The notes under the pieces: model-generated
The model's input: only the letters and a program-made list of their open reading frames with translations
Databases searched by the model: none
Told to the model about the DNA's origin: nothing
Source: Catajapyx aquilonaris
Lineage: Eukaryota
NCBI GenBank assembly: GCA_000934665.2
Contig: KZ538427.1
Span: forward strand, 1 to 64,000
Length of the DNA: 64,000 nucleotides
Direction of reading: 5' to 3'
Part shown: piece by piece, positions 29,201 to 41,987 of the stretch
Layout of the letters: the number at the start of each line of letters is the position of its first letter
How positions within the stretch are numbered: the stretch's first letter is position 1
Program-made: the position numbers and the translations under genes

Positions 29201-32200
29201 GTGGGGGTGGGCTGAGGGGTGTAAACGGGCAAGGAATACACAATGTGGCTTCAGGGGGGTTTAAGAAAAAAGGAGAAGATAACAAGAGTATGGTGAACTG
29301 AGCAGAGTTTTCCAAACGGAAAGAGCAGGTGCTGAACCAGCCTAAAAACACTCGAGTGCTAATCAATTTGGAACGCACTTCTAACCATGAGCTCCTGGAA
29401 TAATCCGCTATGAACCCGTGCCAGAAGCGAGCCGCATTCAAACACAAGCATTAAAAACATAACTACGCATCAACAGCAGGATTTGCTGATGACACCATGG
29501 TTCATATTTTCTCCCCCGTCAATATTTTTACAACCCGGCATAACTTGAACCATTCTGACAAGTAATCACGCAGTTATTTATCTGCGGCCATGACAGCGAT
29601 GCAATCTGCATCTGCAACCGTCGCCGCTACTGGAAACCCTGTAATTTATGGGAAGCGACCTACTCTAAGCCCCGTAATGGCCGTATGAAAAGCATTCGTT
29701 ATGCGTCTGATTGTGGCTGGGAATTGGCCGAAATGTTGAAATTAGGCATAATCTCGGAAGCCGGCGATGAATAACTCCGGTGGGAGAACACGCCATAACC
29801 CACTTGGATCAGTGCCATTCATCTCATTTACGGTCGCGACTCCTATAGCTATACTGCCTACCGCATATTTGGGATAGAATCGCTCCTAACAAATCATTCT
29901 CCAAGTTACACTCTATATACACAGCCATATTAAACGCGCCTAGAAAAAACCCCGCGTTTTACCTGCAATTTTTCATGCGACGAGCCAGTTAGTTCCATAA
30001 GCAATAACAATATTATTAATAAGTTATTATTATCATTCAGTCTGGCACATGATCCTGAAGAACCGTGTCCCCTCCTCAAAAATCCCTATCCTGATCCCTG
30101 CACTGGAGAGAGATAAAATGCGAAATCAAAATTCGTAAGAAAATATGGCGGTATTCCNNNNNNCCCAAAGGCTCCAGCACGGGGTATCAAATAAATAAAT
30201 AAATAAATAAGTAAATAAATAAATAAATAAATAAAAATATTCCTGAAGAACCTGTGACGTCTTTATGTGTTGTCGAGAGTACCGACCGCCGGAAGTGCAC
30301 ATTGGTACTGTGTCCTGCGGCCGGACCTCACGGTACAGATTCTCCGACACCCACAGCTAAAGCCAGCTTTTTGTTCTGGAAAATAGGTCCGGAGGCAGCT
30401 AGCAGCATCCGGGGAAAAAAAAGTCGGATTACACTCCCCCCCACAGGGGCTTCGGTTATTGGAAACGTGGAGCGAATAATCATGTACCATTATCCGCGGA
30501 ATAGTTTGGGAGGCGAGGCCCCATAAAATCTCTCCCCATCAGCCGGTTCGGTTCCGAATGGACCATTTTGGACTTGGGAAGAAGTGAGGGGGGGACGAAT
30601 GGTGGTGGTGGGGAAGAAGAAGAAGAAGAAGAAGAAGAACCGAAGGCATCTTTCTTCATCTGCGAGGCCTCCTTCCAAAATGAAGCCTCTTTTCTTCCCA
30701 TCCTGGGGCAGCCGGGTAAAATTCCCCATCTAAGGAAGATTCGCTTCCACGATCTTTTTGTCACTGCTGACTGCAGCTTTCAGCGCAAAAGTTGCTGGCC
30801 CGAGGATTAGAGGAAAAGACGCTCAACTTTTTTTTCCCCACCGTTCTTCAGCCGCTCCAGCTCATCCAATAAAGTGCCATGCTTTTTTCCGCCTCCTTTC
30901 TCTTAACTCGGGACAATTTGAGCAACTATAGCAGCGCGACCGGAATTTTGATTCCATAACGTCGTAAAAACTGGCTGTCGACTCTCAAAAAATTGCTGGA
31001 TAATGCAATATACAAGGGGCGGTACCTACTAATATTTCAACAGCCAATTAACTCTAGTTACCTCACGCCCCTTTTGTTACGCGACACTTGTCAACTCCAG
31101 TTTATGAAAGGTGTGAAGTGAAACGTGGTGAACCGAACAAGGGACCCTTACGACTATAAAACCGTGTTGGATGTCAGTCAGTTGCGATGTTATGGACTCC
31201 GGAGCAAAAGCACTGGAAAACAAGACGCCGGGGTCGTGGCTGCCCTGTAATTCCTCGACCAGTCACGTTTTACCCCTCATCAAATTATACGAGAAAACGT
31301 TCACGAACTTTCCATTTTGCGTTCACAAACTCTCCCCCCTTACCCCCACAAATAGCTTTGGCGGCACGTCACTTGGTAATTGGGACCAGAAATTAGCCAT
31401 TTTTGTCGTTCGAAATAACTTTTTCACGACATGTACATTTCGCATAAGATCCATATGGCATGCCTAGACGCCCTACTTTTTGTCCGATAAGACCGGGCTT
31501 TTTTGGGGATCTGAAAATTTTTTGGGCGTGCCAATCAAGGGGGTACCTAAATTGCATGGTCGTGCAGACGGGGCAGATAGATGGCAATTCCGGTCAACCT
31601 GGTGGAGCCCTGATAAACATCGAACATCGGGAATATTTTCTGCTAATTTGCCCGACACACTCCGGGGAGCTGGAAACAAACAAGTCCGGCCCCTAAAGGC
31701 GAATCCTATAAAACGCGCCTTTTTATGAACCGAATCGTTCCGAGAACCAAAATCACATCGGGCTTAGTTTTACGCTCACATTCTAGATTTGATTACACAA
31801 AGATAATGAGCTCATTAGGAATAAGCACTGCCTCTTTTTTAATGGCATGTGCATTAAATGTGAGTATAGCTACCAGGTTATGTCTTGTTGACATTTCCAG
31901 CCTTTTTTGTGTGTGAAGAGAGCTACGAGCCATCAGAGCCACCAAAGAAATATTCTTAAAACGAGTCCCAACTTTCCCTGACAGCATTCATGTCTCTAGG
32001 GCCTTCCTCCTCTCTTCCATCTTCTTAGCTCCGTGTTGATGCTAATGCAATTTAGGCCTGGGCCCGGGGCCTCCCGACTTTATTAGCCACCCCCGATGAC
32101 AATCTAGACAGTCTCTTTTATCCTCCTGAGGGCGACGGACCAGAAGAGACGTACGAAAAAAATATACAGAAGACACGTGGGTATGACACACGCCACCCCC

Positions 32201-35200
32201 ATCATCCATCCGCAGCTATTTAAACGAGCCCAAGTGGAGTGTAGATTCATAAAACCCAGGCGCCCAGTCGTAATTCAGGATTAATTTCGCTCAATGAGGC
32301 ACCCCCCATTTCCAATTGAAAGCCCTGGCAATAAATCCAGAGGGACGGTCGTAATAATGCAAAATGACATGTCGGCGATTCCCCAGTGCAGCGGTACCCG
32401 GCACCAACCCCCACCCAAATTCGCGGCCAAAATCACAAGAGCTGGCGATTGCCAGGCATGCGGTCCATCTTGCTGGCTTCAAGGACCATTTGCCATCGAC
32501 AGGCTCTGGATGTGGGAAGGGATGATGATGGCTTTACGTCGCCGACAATTTTCGACCCTGCTGATTTTTTTCCCCCCCCAGCCCCGAGAGCATCGTAGAG
32601 AGGGATTTGGGAAAAGCTAGACGACCCCGCTGCTATGGACCCTTCTCTATAAAAAAGTAGACGTGAGAATGACTCCTGATATCATCCACGCCACTTTCAT
32701 ATCCTCATTCAAAATCTCTTTTCATTCCAATTAGCTATTACAGGAATCGACTTGCCAGATTTGAAAAGCCAGTCAAAATTGGTTAATATCCTAATCTACA
32801 TCCCTACGGCTCTTTCGTTCTCTCTTGATTATTTTTTTTGGAGAAGAGAAGTCAACCAGCATGTAGTCGGCAGGGTCGATGAACCAATATTAGGCTTGGA
32901 GCAGTAACGACAACATCCCATTGGCAATGTATCCTATCTGTCAAATATTACAGCGGACAATGGTTTCTTCTTATATCTTGTGAATGCCACTATACCTACG
33001 GCCCTTTCCACAAGTGCAGAGTATGTACCGCATATAGTGGTACTCACAGGATGTAATAAAGAACCAGTGCGGTCTTCAATAATATTTGACCGATAATACT
33101 TACTGACTGAGATAGGCATTATTATTCGCAAAATCCCGTGGCGTTATGATCGTTTTGCTTTTTAGTGTTGTCGCCGTCATTTTTGTTGCTCTGCGCCTAT
33201 GCTTTGCTCCTGACGGTACACTTCAGTATCTTTCAATAACTATCAAACATAATATAGCTACCAATATCTTATCATCATTGACTCATCAAGGTTACAAAAC
33301 AGCTAAGCTATAATTAATTCGGTAATCTATTGCAGATGGTTCAGTAAACCCTAGCCGACCCAATAAAAATGCAGGAAAGTATTATGCCGCTCCTGAATTG
33401 GTAAAACCATTCTTTTTTTAAAACAGCCGCTTCTTGTCCCAGAAACACTAGAAGCAACAGCCAACCATAGTTTATTTACTGATTCTTGCCACTCCCTTTT
33501 CAACAAACCAAACACAATAAATTTGACCAACTTTGGCCCCCGAAAAGAAGTTAACTTCTTCAAGCTTCAACTCCTTTCGCCTAGCTCCCCCCCCCCCCTA
33601 AATAATTCCCCTTCTCCCTGCTTAGGATTAAACAAATAACAAAATGAATTACCGGGCCTGTGTGACCTATAAATTGCAGGGTAGGAGTGGAAAATGGAAC
33701 GAGGGTTGAAAATAAGGGGAACGAAGAGGGGAGGAAGAAGGAAGAGAAAAACCTTGGTCTTGACTAGGGAACCATTAGGCAGGCAACCAGTTTACAGGTA
33801 GCCCACAGGTTTCAGGGCTGCTGTGGTTTTAGGGGAGGATGGGGGGATAAGTGAGTTTGTTTTCTGCCCTATCTATCCTCCCACCAAGCCCTGCGAAAGC
33901 TTCCCGTGTTATCATGGATGAGATGCCCTCCTCTCGCGCCGCCATTAGTAGGCACAAGGGTTTGCCAACTACATACGTGCCAAGAGTTTCTATCGTCCGC
34001 TTTGCATGCCCGGGGATTAATGTGGGTGATGTACGGTCCCTTAGGTGCTACACGGGGTAATTGGTGATGACACCGTGTTAGCGACGCTGTCCAAACAGGT
34101 GGATGCACAACCCCTGCCCTTGTTTGTATGTGCCATCTATATTCAGGTCACTCAAAAAAAAAAAATGAGCATATATGTTTGCTATAGCTGTTCCTCACCA
34201 AGTAGTGCGCTATTCTGACAAGTCAATCCTCAAATATTCTTCTCGACCCTCTTTCTGGCATGAAAGTGACGGCCAGAGTTCGGATTAAGACCTGACTGAC
34301 ATGCTCTCCTAAAGGTGGAGGGATTCTCAAGGGGAAAAAAAACGGAAGGAAAAAAAAAACCGTCAGTTTGCCTAAGGGGTGAGCTTATCGTGACAACTTC
34401 GTCAAACAGCCGTCGGTAAAAGGGCGTTACTATCTGGGGGTCAAAGAGAGGCTTCTAAAAAGGACCAAACTCAGCTCCAGCGCCGATAATTTATGCCAGG
34501 TTCTATCACTCTAGGAGCTTATCGTGGGCATGGCAGCGTATCCGAGTCGGGCCTTTTGCTTGAAAGGTCCCCGCCACTTACCGACCACAGATATGATGGA
34601 AAGCTCCTTATTGACACGAGATAAGCATGTCAATCTGTTGCCGGACAACATGTTCACTGGAAAAGTGAAAGTATATAAAACGATCATTGTTCGATGCCGT
34701 TTTTTTAACTAAGTATTGCGTTACTTGGCATTATCCTATTCTATCAATAATTCTGTATGGCGATGGGGGAAAACCTCTGACTTATTGAACACGCCTTGTG
34801 TACAAAAAGTCTTCGCCCGATTCTGGTTTCAAGGGGGAGAGTCCTGGAGGCATGTATACTGTACACACCAGAGAAGCGTTTGCACATGTTGTGTCCCGTT
34901 GGCGAGGTAAACATAAAGAGGGTGCGGTTTGTTTGCTTTCGGCCTCCACTTTGAGCAGACCCATTTGGACAATGTTTCGGGCTCAGACTTATAACAAGTC
35001 ATTGGTACCAACTGTGTCCATTAGCAGGGCAAAAATTCAGGTCCCTACCGAGCTCGTCAAAATGCCTCGATCAGAACCGAGCGAATCATAACTCAGATTG
35101 TGCGACACTAAACCCCACATCGGATGGGCAAATTTTCGGGACCGTATCACCTCGCGTAATTATCCGGCAGAAGCGCCACAATAACGTTCCCTTGGTAATT

Positions 35201-36691
35201 AGCCCCACTGTCGTCCATTTCGGCGCACTGGCTTTTCCCCATCGCCATATACCGACTGGTTTCGGGGCAGGGTATAAAGTATTCGTCCTGGGTACATAAA
35301 TCGGTCCCCCCAACCATTTCCAACTCCCTATACGCTACACCCTCTCTGGAAAACCCAGGACCCCCTACCAAGACCCGAAATTGCCGCTGGACTGCGATGG
35401 TGCCAAATCGAAAGGTTCCTCCGACTCTCTTTGTGTGGTCCATTTTTCTAGGAGAACTGGGATAGTAGTAAGTATAGTTCGACATGTTTGGTTTAAGTGC
35501 CAGACACATGACCGTTGGCTGTACGGTGACCACATGGCCCTCTTCCATCACTAAGCTGCTATAGTGTACACTGCAGCTGCCAATCGATGGCGCCTGGAAA
35601 TGTTGCAGGCGGCAGATATATTACGGCACCATCTTAGATTAGGAATAATCAAAAGAGATGCACGCAAGAGTGGCTCCCAAAGAGCGCCAGTGTCCCTTTG
35701 TGCCTAGGAAAACTTGCTGGAGGCCATGCCACCATCTCAATTTGCTTGGTGGGGACAAAGGCGACCCTTTTTGTTTCCCATGGACCCCCACCTCCCCACC
35801 CTTCTTTTTTGGGGGGAGATGGGTTGGGACTGGAGGGGAGGGTGCCATGGCCAAAACTCTCCTTCAGCTTTTCCGAGCCTTCTCCCTGAGGCTTATCAGA
35901 TTCACCCTGTTTCAAAACCATTGAGAGGGCTTGTCGTCGTGCTGGTCTTTACCCCCCTCCCAAGACCCACCAGGCGAATTACTATATCCCTTTTGACCCA
36001 TTCAGAAGCCGTCGCCTGTGTCCCCCTCCTTTTCTTCAAAGAAGGCGGATTAGGACTACAACCATGTCCACCTCGATTGGGGTGGGGGGTAGGGGGGTGT
36101 TGTATATGATGTTTCCACTTGGAAGGACTTCTTCGGCTGCCATAACCGGAGGTTTCAATGTAGGCGCCTCCCTTTTAGGGTTCCTTGGCCCCTTCTATTA
36201 TTGCCGGTAGATTGGTCGTCAGGTATGTCTTGCTTCTGAGGGTGCTTCACACGGTAATGAAATCCATATCTCACTAGTTTTCCCACCGAATCTGCGCACT
36301 TTGAGAAATTAGGTCTGCAAAAAAAAAAAAAAAAACCCCGTCCTACATCTCTTCGTTCCTTTTCTTTGCGTCTCCTAAACGAGTCCCCTAGGACCGATAA
36401 TGTCCCATCCACTATGATTCCTCCCTTTAAATCACGACCTAGTTCGGCGCCAGTAGCACTTGCAGGCACAAAACGCTACTTCATGACTGCCATAAGAAAG
36501 CCATTAGTTCTCGCGGGGAGCCTACGGCCATAATTGCAGCGGCTATGAAATACGCTCTTCGTTCAGCCTGCGCCATATATGGAGGAAGCTGCAAAGGACG
36601 TCTATGGTTCATCTAAACCTTTAATTATTATCGATGAGGGGCCGTTTAATGATGCAATCCGAATTGCAATTTAACCCCTTTTGCACTTAGT

Positions 36692-36755
<64 letters not shown>

Positions 36756-39051
36756 CCTCCCTCCCTCTCCAGGGCCGCAGTTTCCCATTTCATGGCGGCT
36801 CCAGATGCCGCTTGCTCATTTCGCCACTCAACTTTTCTCTTTTGGAGGAAATACACTATGAAACGAGGGAAACCGTCTCGCTTTTATCAAATCTTTAGCG
36901 CACTTGAGTGCTGAGGGCACACATTTAATGGACCGGTAGCTTGCACCAATATTGGTTATTCAGGCGCTCAGAGTGGAACAGAACAACAACTCTCATAAGT
37001 ACACTTGGGAAAAATGATCTACATGTCCACATTGCAGGTGTGGCGCATCCTACTCTCTGCTGCATATTACTAATAACTTCCATGATATTTCCGGCCACAG
37101 GTTTGACCATTAGCAGATACTGTAGTGCTTCGCTAATACCTAGCCATGAGACGTGATCTGTTGCAATTTCAATGCAATCTAGTAGCCAGAAACATTTACC
37201 TATCCTGGCATATCATAGGGGCAAAATGAAGAAAAGGAGTCGTACACCACAACAACATCCTGAGGTGCCCATATACCAATGGAGATCATGAAGTCAAGCT
37301 AACTCAGAAGGTGTGTTAGTTGGTAGCCCCAATGGTGGTTACTCATCCAGTATGTATGCTGTGTTGCAATTGGTCACTTGAGTGGATAAGCATTATGGAT
37401 GCATATTAAGTACTGGCAGTTTGCATGGTATAAGTTATTATTTCTTCCTATTCAGCAAAAAAGAAGTTGGTAAGTCCGAATTTCTCCAAAAATCTTCTGT
37501 AACAGCTTACAAAATGGCCACTAGTCCATCTCAAAATTGACTTTTTCTCAGATTTTGACATCACACTTAACAAATTTCAAATTTGAACAAAGGAATGTCT
37601 GCAGTCATCAAACAATAAGTTTGGAATCCCTTGGCATTTGATTTAAAAAAACCAAATGGGTTGCAATGTTGTGCAACATGCTACACACACTATCAGGATT
37701 TTTTTGTTTTTTTAAACTGGTGATTGAGCAGGCACTAAAATTCTTCATACCAAATTACTTGGAAAGTAAAAGCATATGGTTTGATACCTGCAGATCCATG
37801 GCACTTTATCCCCTGCCAAACGAAAATTAATCCCATTATTTTATACCCACATTATTCCTGCATATTGTTAGGCATTATAATCGAGTACTTGTGCAGTACA
37901 TAATATTATGTCACCACTTTTCACACCCTCACAACTCATGATCTCCCTTCATGTGTGTACACCTCCACAGTAAATATGTTGGTTTCTTCTAAGGCCTGGT
38001 TGTACCACCACAGGTACAGTTGGAAATCATGAGTTTGATATTGTTATTAATTGTTGGGGTTAATGGACCCATTATGAACACAAACCTAATATTTCAGGTA
38101 AACTTTCGATGTCACCGGATCCAAGAGAGCTGAGACTCTAAAACATGGTTTCAATAATGAAATCAATCACATGTCCCGAAATTATTGCTGAACAGCTTAT
38201 ACAAACTTTCTGAAATCACCTCTGCAAGTGATACCGAAGTCCCTAAATTTTTCTCTGAACTATCAGAATACAACAGGCCACACGACTCGAGCAGATATTC
38301 ATTACACAGATGCATGCATCAAGGGAGACTCTTTGCAGTAAGTTCCAGTACTTACAAAGCACATTGATGGAAGCAGCAAGACTGGTCAGGGAGAATCCAG
38401 AAGATACGTTCATAGCAATGCAAGTGAACTCTCCAGCATCTCTCTCCTTGTCCACCCGGGTGATCCTCAGGTCGCTACCCACCTGGTGACGCCTGGTAGT
38501 GTTAGGAAGTGACTTGCCATTCAACTGCCAATAATAGGTGATGAAGGAGCTGTTGGACACCATACACTCCAGAGTCACACTTTTGCCTGAGACCACCACC
38601 GCATTCTGGGGCTGTTTGCTAAAGTAGAAGTTGTCGTGTGTCTGCCCTCCCACCTCACCTGTGTGATTAAACAATATGTAGATTAGATTAATTAACATCA
38701 TTGGTTGGCACACATTAATAATGGAGATGTGGTGACTCATATGTCTCCCCCCTTCCCCCTTACACACACCCGTTTCCCCCGGTATTATCCGGCCATTCAG
38801 ACTTTTATCGAACCAGAAGGGAGAAGAGGAAGCTGCTTCCCCAAATCGATACTTAAAAAAAAAGAGAAGTCATATGTGCCCTCGGATGTCAAATTTGAAC
38901 AAAGCGCGGGACCACTACTAAAGCTAGGTAATAGTATAAATGCCAAGAGAAAAGACTCACCGGCGACATAGAGGATGGCAAGCACGAGGGGCAGAAGCAT
39001 GGGGACAGCTCCGCAACCGGCGCCCATCATACCACGCCCTCCGAGGTCCAT
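2296..39051 (-). CDS. PTK7: Inactive tyrosine-protein kinase 7 / off-track-like receptor (7 Ig + TM + pseudokinase), 3' exon(s) outside the window
   Basis: GT-AG exons with mutually consistent phases: 39051-38961 (signal peptide MDLGG...LAILYVA), 38658-38356, 13813-13687, 13004-12844, 12455-12311, 10919-10777, 10716-10420, 9094-8807, 8187-8075, 8017-7861, 7804-7657, 7600-7473, 4565-4374 (TM ...AAAGYMVLVIGLMVWCRYR), 3805-3345 (GKGEMGEVF, VMVKSL), 2568-2296 (HKDLATRN, KVSNP in place of DFG). Total 3027 nt = 1009 open codons. The kinase C-lobe exon is not seen in 1-2295. Confidence 0.93.
4600..4900 (-). mobile_element. tRNA-derived SINE in PTK7 intron
   Basis: Minus-strand head tggtctagcgg / ggttcaaatcc, (AAT)n tail, 13-bp TSD caaaaatattatt (4587-4599 / 4901-4913). 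Confidence 0.85.
5426..6615. repeat. Foldback/hairpin element with ~155-165 bp near-perfect inverted arms, interrupted by the THAP element
   Basis: 5426-5578 is the reverse complement of 6463-6615. The arm continues past the insert (attaggcaga 6411 / tctgcctaat 6455). Confidence 0.85.
5579..6410 (+). mobile_element. THAP-domain non-autonomous DNA transposon (ISL2EU/PIF-Harbinger-like)
   Basis: TIRs ggggctggccag...gggcaattgtg / cacaattgccc...ctggccagcccc with AT on both flanks. THAP motif from ATG 5871: CAVPGC..HSFPKD..W..CKKH. No transposase catalytic domain. Confidence 0.7.
6660..7180 (+). mobile_element. Possible Helitron/Helentron (DINE-like) fragment
   Basis: CpG-rich island in a CpG-poor intron, ending in the GC hairpin gcgccgc-ttc-gcggcgc (7152-7169). 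The aaatcg...cgcgagttatga motif is reminiscent of DINE-type elements. Confidence 0.35.
9322..9995. mobile_element. Mariner-derived foldback element with HTH transposase remnant
   Basis: ~250-bp imperfect inverted arms (9327-9575 / 9740-9993) starting tgttcaaatgaaac. Plus frame FLIREGIAPVDIVHWMQKVHGNVCFNRKTLFKRCREFLSRRVCLEDLSR resembles the mariner N-terminal HTH. Confidence 0.75.
18941..18962. other. Assembly gap (22 N)
   Basis: Run of n. A smaller run lies at 30158-30163, and isolated n occur in homopolymers. Confidence 1.
36696..36769. repeat. (CT)n microsatellite
   Basis: Directly visible dinucleotide run followed by (CCCT)n. Confidence 0.95.
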
Positions 39052-39477
39052 CTCACGACTGACTGCGAGAGCCGGCAAGAGAATCGGCTCGATGCCCGAA
39101 CCCGCCACCCACTCCACCTCGCCTGATTATCCCCACCACCACCGAGCACCCCCTCCTGTTGTAAACTCAACAAGCCGCCAAAATCGGAGGGAAGTCGAGC
39201 CAGCCATCTAGCGGAGATAGCTTGATAATACTGCAGTGGCGCAGTCTGTCGTAGATCCTCCTAATGTCATACTACAGGCATTCCAAAGATACTGTCCCAG
39301 AACACCACTTTATTTGCATCATATATGGTTAATTTTGCTTTTGCCTAAAGCAGTAAAGGGACCCTCAACTTGCATAAGAGGTGATCTGCTCTGTCCGAAT
39401 ATATCTCAGCCATTTTCATGCATATTATTTGATATTATTTTGATATTATTTATCACAGTTTAGTTTTCATTGCCAGA

Positions 39478-39851
39478 AAAAAAACAATCATCATATCTTA
39501 GAGAACAATAGCAACACATAGATCCCCTTTAAAAAAACAATCATCATATCTTAGAGAACAATAGCAACACATAGATCCCCTTTTAAAAAAACAATCATCA
39601 TATCTTAGAGAACAATAGCAACACATAGATCCCCTTTTAAAAAAACAATCATCATATCTTAGAGAACAATAGCAACACATAGATCCCCTTTAAAAAAACA
39701 ATCATCATATCTTAGAGAACAATAGCAACACATAGATCCCCTTTAAAAAAACAATCATCATATCTTAGAGAACAATAGCAACACATAGATCCCCTTTAAA
39801 AAAACAATCATCATATCTTAGAGAACAATAGCAACACATAGATCCCCTTTT
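39478..39851. repeat. Minisatellite, 7 x 53-54 bp
   Basis: Unit aaaaaaacaatcatcatatcttagagaacaatagcaacacatagatcccctt(t)t. Copies differ only in T-run length. Confidence 0.95.
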
Positions 39852-39960
39852 CCAGCAACTCATAGCTTAGAGAGTGCTTCTCTAACAAGATTGGTATGGG
39901 GAAATCTGTAATTGGCATATTATGTACCGGTATGTATCACTCATAGCAGGAGTGGCAGAC

Positions 39961-40110
39961 GTATCATCAGCAGTTCAGAAAGAATTGTCCCAGTCATCCT
40001 GATGTGTGTGCTGCCCGCTCGACACACACCATGTAACTTACATGGTGTGTGTCGAGCGGCCAGCCCACACGTCAGGATTACTGGGACAATTCTTTCTGAA
40101 CTGATGATAC
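39961..40110. mobile_element. 150-bp palindromic MITE-like hairpin
   Basis: gtatcatcag...ccatgtaa-c-ttacatgg...ctgatgatac, with arms ~75 bp and few mismatches. Confidence 0.8.
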
Positions 40111-40124
40111 AAGCAGTCAATACC

Positions 40125-41987
40125 TTAGATACCGGTATTGCTGGTATGCAACTTCTTGTGCCTCATTAAATATCTTTTCTGAGTATAGCTCTTATTACAC
40201 TCATTGCAGCCAAATGGTCTGTCTCCAGTATGCAAAAGTGTATGCCTTTGCAAACTGCTTTTTGAAGCAAACTTTTTTTCACACACAGGACAAATGACAA
40301 ACGGTTTTATATCTGTGTGCTGGGTTTGACGATGGAGATTGTAACTGCTGCGGTGACCGAACTTCGTTCCACATGTTTCACAAACATGTAGCTTCAGTCC
40401 TGTATGAGTATTCCAATGCGAATGTAATTCGCGCTTCCTTCCAAACATTCTGTTGCACAATGGGCAGCAGTGAGGTTTGAGCTTCAAATGTACGATTTTG
40501 GTATGCTCACGTAATCCAGCAGCCGATGTGAATACTTTCTCACATGTGCCACAAATACGTGGCTTTGCTTTGCTGTCGAGTTGAAACTTGCTCTCACCAC
40601 CTACAGCACTGTTTGTCGGAAGTCCTGGCCACATTATCTCATCCTCTTCATCCTCTTCCTCACTCAAATGAATCGAGTCCTCAACTTCTGCTGGACTGAT
40701 TATCTTCCCAGCATTGACTCCACCTTGAGTAGCCACACTTTCAGTTGACACATAACCAAGTTCCACTTGGTCATCAGTTGACAATCCATCAGAGCTTATA
40801 GGGGAGCCTGAAAATATATAGCATAGCTGTAAGGTCAAGAATGCACAAATTGTGGACACTTGTTTTCCTGAAGGAGGAAATAATGTTACAAAATGAGGTG
40901 AGAAGTCTAAAGGCCGAGGGCCATCTATTTTTTCAGGCACTAAGATTTTTGGTAGAAAAGGTGCTTATTAGTGTGAATGAAAAATAGTGAAAGACACATG
41001 ACTGCAAAAAGACAAAAATCAATGGAGACCCAAGGGTCAAAATACGCCACAATTACAATTCGTATACAATAATACAATAATTGTATTACAATTTTGCAAA
41101 TGAAATAATTAAACTTCAGAGAGATGACAGAGTTATATGTATAGGAATTTTAATCTTAACTTTTCAAAGCAATGGTAAAATTAATCATAATTCATAGAAG
41201 TGCACGTTGCTTAAACCTTAAATACAACTACCCATATGTTTAAATATCTGCATCTTCCACCTTCCAATCTCTTTCTGCCACATTTTAGAGTTATATATAT
41301 ATATATATATATATTTTTGTAATTACCCCGTAATGACCGTTTAAGGGTCTTGAGGGGAGTGGATTACCACCATGTTTTTCAATTTTCTTCTTCGATCTCC
41401 GTGCAAGGATTTGTTCAGGATATAGGGAAGGGAAAGGGATTGTTGGGGAGGGGACAGTTTGTGCAGGTGCATTGTCCAGTCTTTGGGCCATGTGCAGTCC
41501 CCCAGGAGGTTAGGTTGCCAGACACCTCCTTTGGTGCAGGTCAGAGACCCTCCCGACGCAGGTGAAAGGAAGTTCCCCAGGCGGGGATCGAACCTGGGGC
41601 CTTTCACTCAGCAAGCCGAGACGTTACCATCTCGGCCACCACACCTCCCCGAGTTATAATATATTTATAACATTGATCATTCAAAAATTTAACCCATGCC
41701 CCTCACTGTATTGTCCCTTTCGGTCCCTCTTTTGCAATTCTGACTTCCATTTTTCTCATTCATACTACTATGCACTTCTTCCTCAAAAATCTTAGTGCTT
41801 GGAGCAAAATAGACATTATACAGACTGCTGTACAAAACGCCTTACCTTCTCTTTCCTCCGATAATTCCTCCACCTGACAGTCCTCGAAGTTGCCCTCCGG
41901 ACATACGGTCTTCCGTCTCACGTCGTCTATCTCCTCCATCTGATAATTCGAGCATCCGGCCATCTCTTCCGAAGCAGGGAAATCCAT
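40125..41987 (-). CDS. C2H2 zinc-finger protein, 274 aa, acidic N-terminus plus 5 tandem fingers
   Basis: Exon 1 41987-41846 (MDFPASEEM...EERE-G, donor gtaagg, phase 1) joins exon 2 40807-40125 (acceptor ttttcag, G|GC-TCC) in frame. Five C-x2-C-x12-H-x3/4-H repeats with TGLKL/TDIKP/TGDRP linkers. Confidence 0.85.
41296..41650 (-). mobile_element. tRNA-derived SINE in ZNF intron 1
   Basis: Minus-strand head tggccgagatgg / ggttcgatcc, (TA)n tail, short TSD gagttata. Confidence 0.8.

Noticed and set aside
36671..36914. RERE/SLSL ORFs
   Set aside because: Translations of the (CT)n microsatellite.
14000..37000. Nested protein-coding genes among the many 60-150 aa intronic ORFs
   Set aside because: No recognisable domains or consistent splice chains; lengths are compatible with chance ORFs.
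39478..39851. CRISPR-like array or repeat protein (ORF 39498-39680)
   Set aside because: Units are contiguous with no unique spacers, the context is eukaryotic, and the ORF is a by-product of the repeat.
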